Shown here: one piece after another, positions 63,001-64,000 of the stretch
Layout: the number at the start of each line of letters is the position of its first letter
How positions within the stretch are numbered: the first letter of the stretch is position 1
Assembly: GCF_006345805.1 (NCBI RefSeq)
Contig: NC_043000.1
Span: 87,792,001 to 87,856,000, forward strand
Length of the DNA: 64,000 bases
Source: Octopus sinensis
Lineage: Eukaryota
Direction: 5' to 3'
The notes under the pieces: model-generated
Databases searched by the model: none
What the model was told of the DNA's origin: nothing
What the model saw: only the letters and a program-made list of their open reading frames with translations
Program-made: the position numbers and the translations under genes

Positions 63001-63989
63001 TGAAAATGATGGCAACGAATAAAGCGCACGAGCAATTGGCTGTTAGGTGGGAGGAGAAACCTCTGCACGGCAAATATGTGACCCGCAGCAAACAAGCTGA
63101 TGTTGACCAGAAGCAAACCCATCAGTGGCTACGGAGCTCAGGGCTAAAAGCAGAGAGCGAAGGTTTCATCCTGGCTGCTCAAGATCAAAGCCTATTAACC
63201 CGGAACTACCAGGCCAATGTGATGAAAAATGGAGCAGACCCAAAATGCCGATTCTGCAACGACATGATTGAAACAGTGGACCACCTAATCTCTGGATGTA
63301 AAGTCTTAGCACCAGTGGAGTATAAATTAAGACATGACAGAGTTGGCCAATATCTCCACTGGCTAATAAGTCGGCATTACAATATCAAAACTGCCGACAA
63401 GTGGTATAATCACCACCCTGAGGCTGTAACTGAAGGAGAAAATGTAACCATTCTGTGGGACTTTCCAGTACATACAGATCGAACCATCAAGGCCAATAAA
63501 CCAGATATTGTTGTGAAAGACCAAAACAATAAAGTTTGCTTATTGATCGACATGAGTATCCCCTGTGATCATAATATCTCAGCGAAAGAGTTTGACAAGC
63601 TCAGAAAATATAAAGACCTACTCATTGAAATTGAGAAAATGTGGCATCTCAAGGCGGTTACAATACCAGTGATCGTAGGAGCTCTAGGAATGATCAAGAA
63701 GGGAACCGAAAATTATATGAGAATGATCCCTGGCTTACCATCCCTGCAAGAAGTGCAAAAGATTGTCTTAACTGGTACATCACACATATTGAGAAGAGCA
63801 TTGTCGATGTGAGAACTGTTGCTGCTCATGTATTTTAATTTAACTTAAAAAAAAAAAAAAAAAAAAAATGAACGAACTATTGAGTTTGGTTTAATGGCCT
63901 ACCAATGTATACTATGAGTTTCTTTGCCCTAGGAGTCGGGAAGACACTCGGCAAGAAATGGAAACAAATTTGAAAGAAGAAAAAAAAAG
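60017..63989 (+). mobile_element. Near-complete Dong/R4-clade RLE non-LTR retrotransposon
   Basis: Single long ORF with a Myb-like N-terminus, RT, CCHC finger and RLE. The 3' UTR ends ...aaaag then (TAA)n at 63990-64000. The 5' end is tentative, placed after aataacaataataa. Confidence 0.9.
60123..63812 (+). CDS. Dong/R4-type polyprotein (~1220 aa if repaired), two frameshifts
   Basis: KWTREEYKEVIYAYY...W..RN; KSPGKDRVPNFW; NYRPITCL; DYKRAFDSIPH; QGDSLSPL; YMDDLK; CRFC...DHLISGC; RHD; KPDIVV...IDMSIP...K..KY. Lesions: 13-bp duplication at 61139-61164 and a 1-nt loss at ~62272-62280. Confidence 0.92.
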
Positions 63990-64000
63990 TAATAATAATA

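Overview
This is a eukaryotic, AT-rich, microsatellite-dense window. Its SINE, MITE and LINE content looks like an octopus (cephalopod) genome; I recognised this from the repeat families and did not verify it. No host gene can be called with confidence, and most ORF-track entries are (TA)n/(TG)n artefacts. The window is almost entirely mobile DNA. It holds a near-intact Dong/R4-type RLE non-LTR retrotransposon ending in (TAA)n (60017-63989), a HERO-like RLE fragment joined to an unexplained 0.5-kb repeat and bounded by (ATT)n, several RTE LINE copies, and a Penelope-like GIY-YIG element with an inverted terminal duplication. DNA elements are one near-intact and two decayed mariners, a long-IR Tc1, piggyBac-type and mariner-type MITEs, and Helitron-like elements. 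At least four SINE families are present. The main leads are (i) a set of hammerhead-ribozyme-like motifs carried by small inverted or foldback non-autonomous elements, (ii) a group of retroelements sharing the TAA/ATT microsatellite as target on opposite strands at 55.5-64 kb, and (iii) several long inverted repeats able to form dsRNA. SINE and MITE boundaries were read by eye and are approximate unless a TIR or TSD is quoted.
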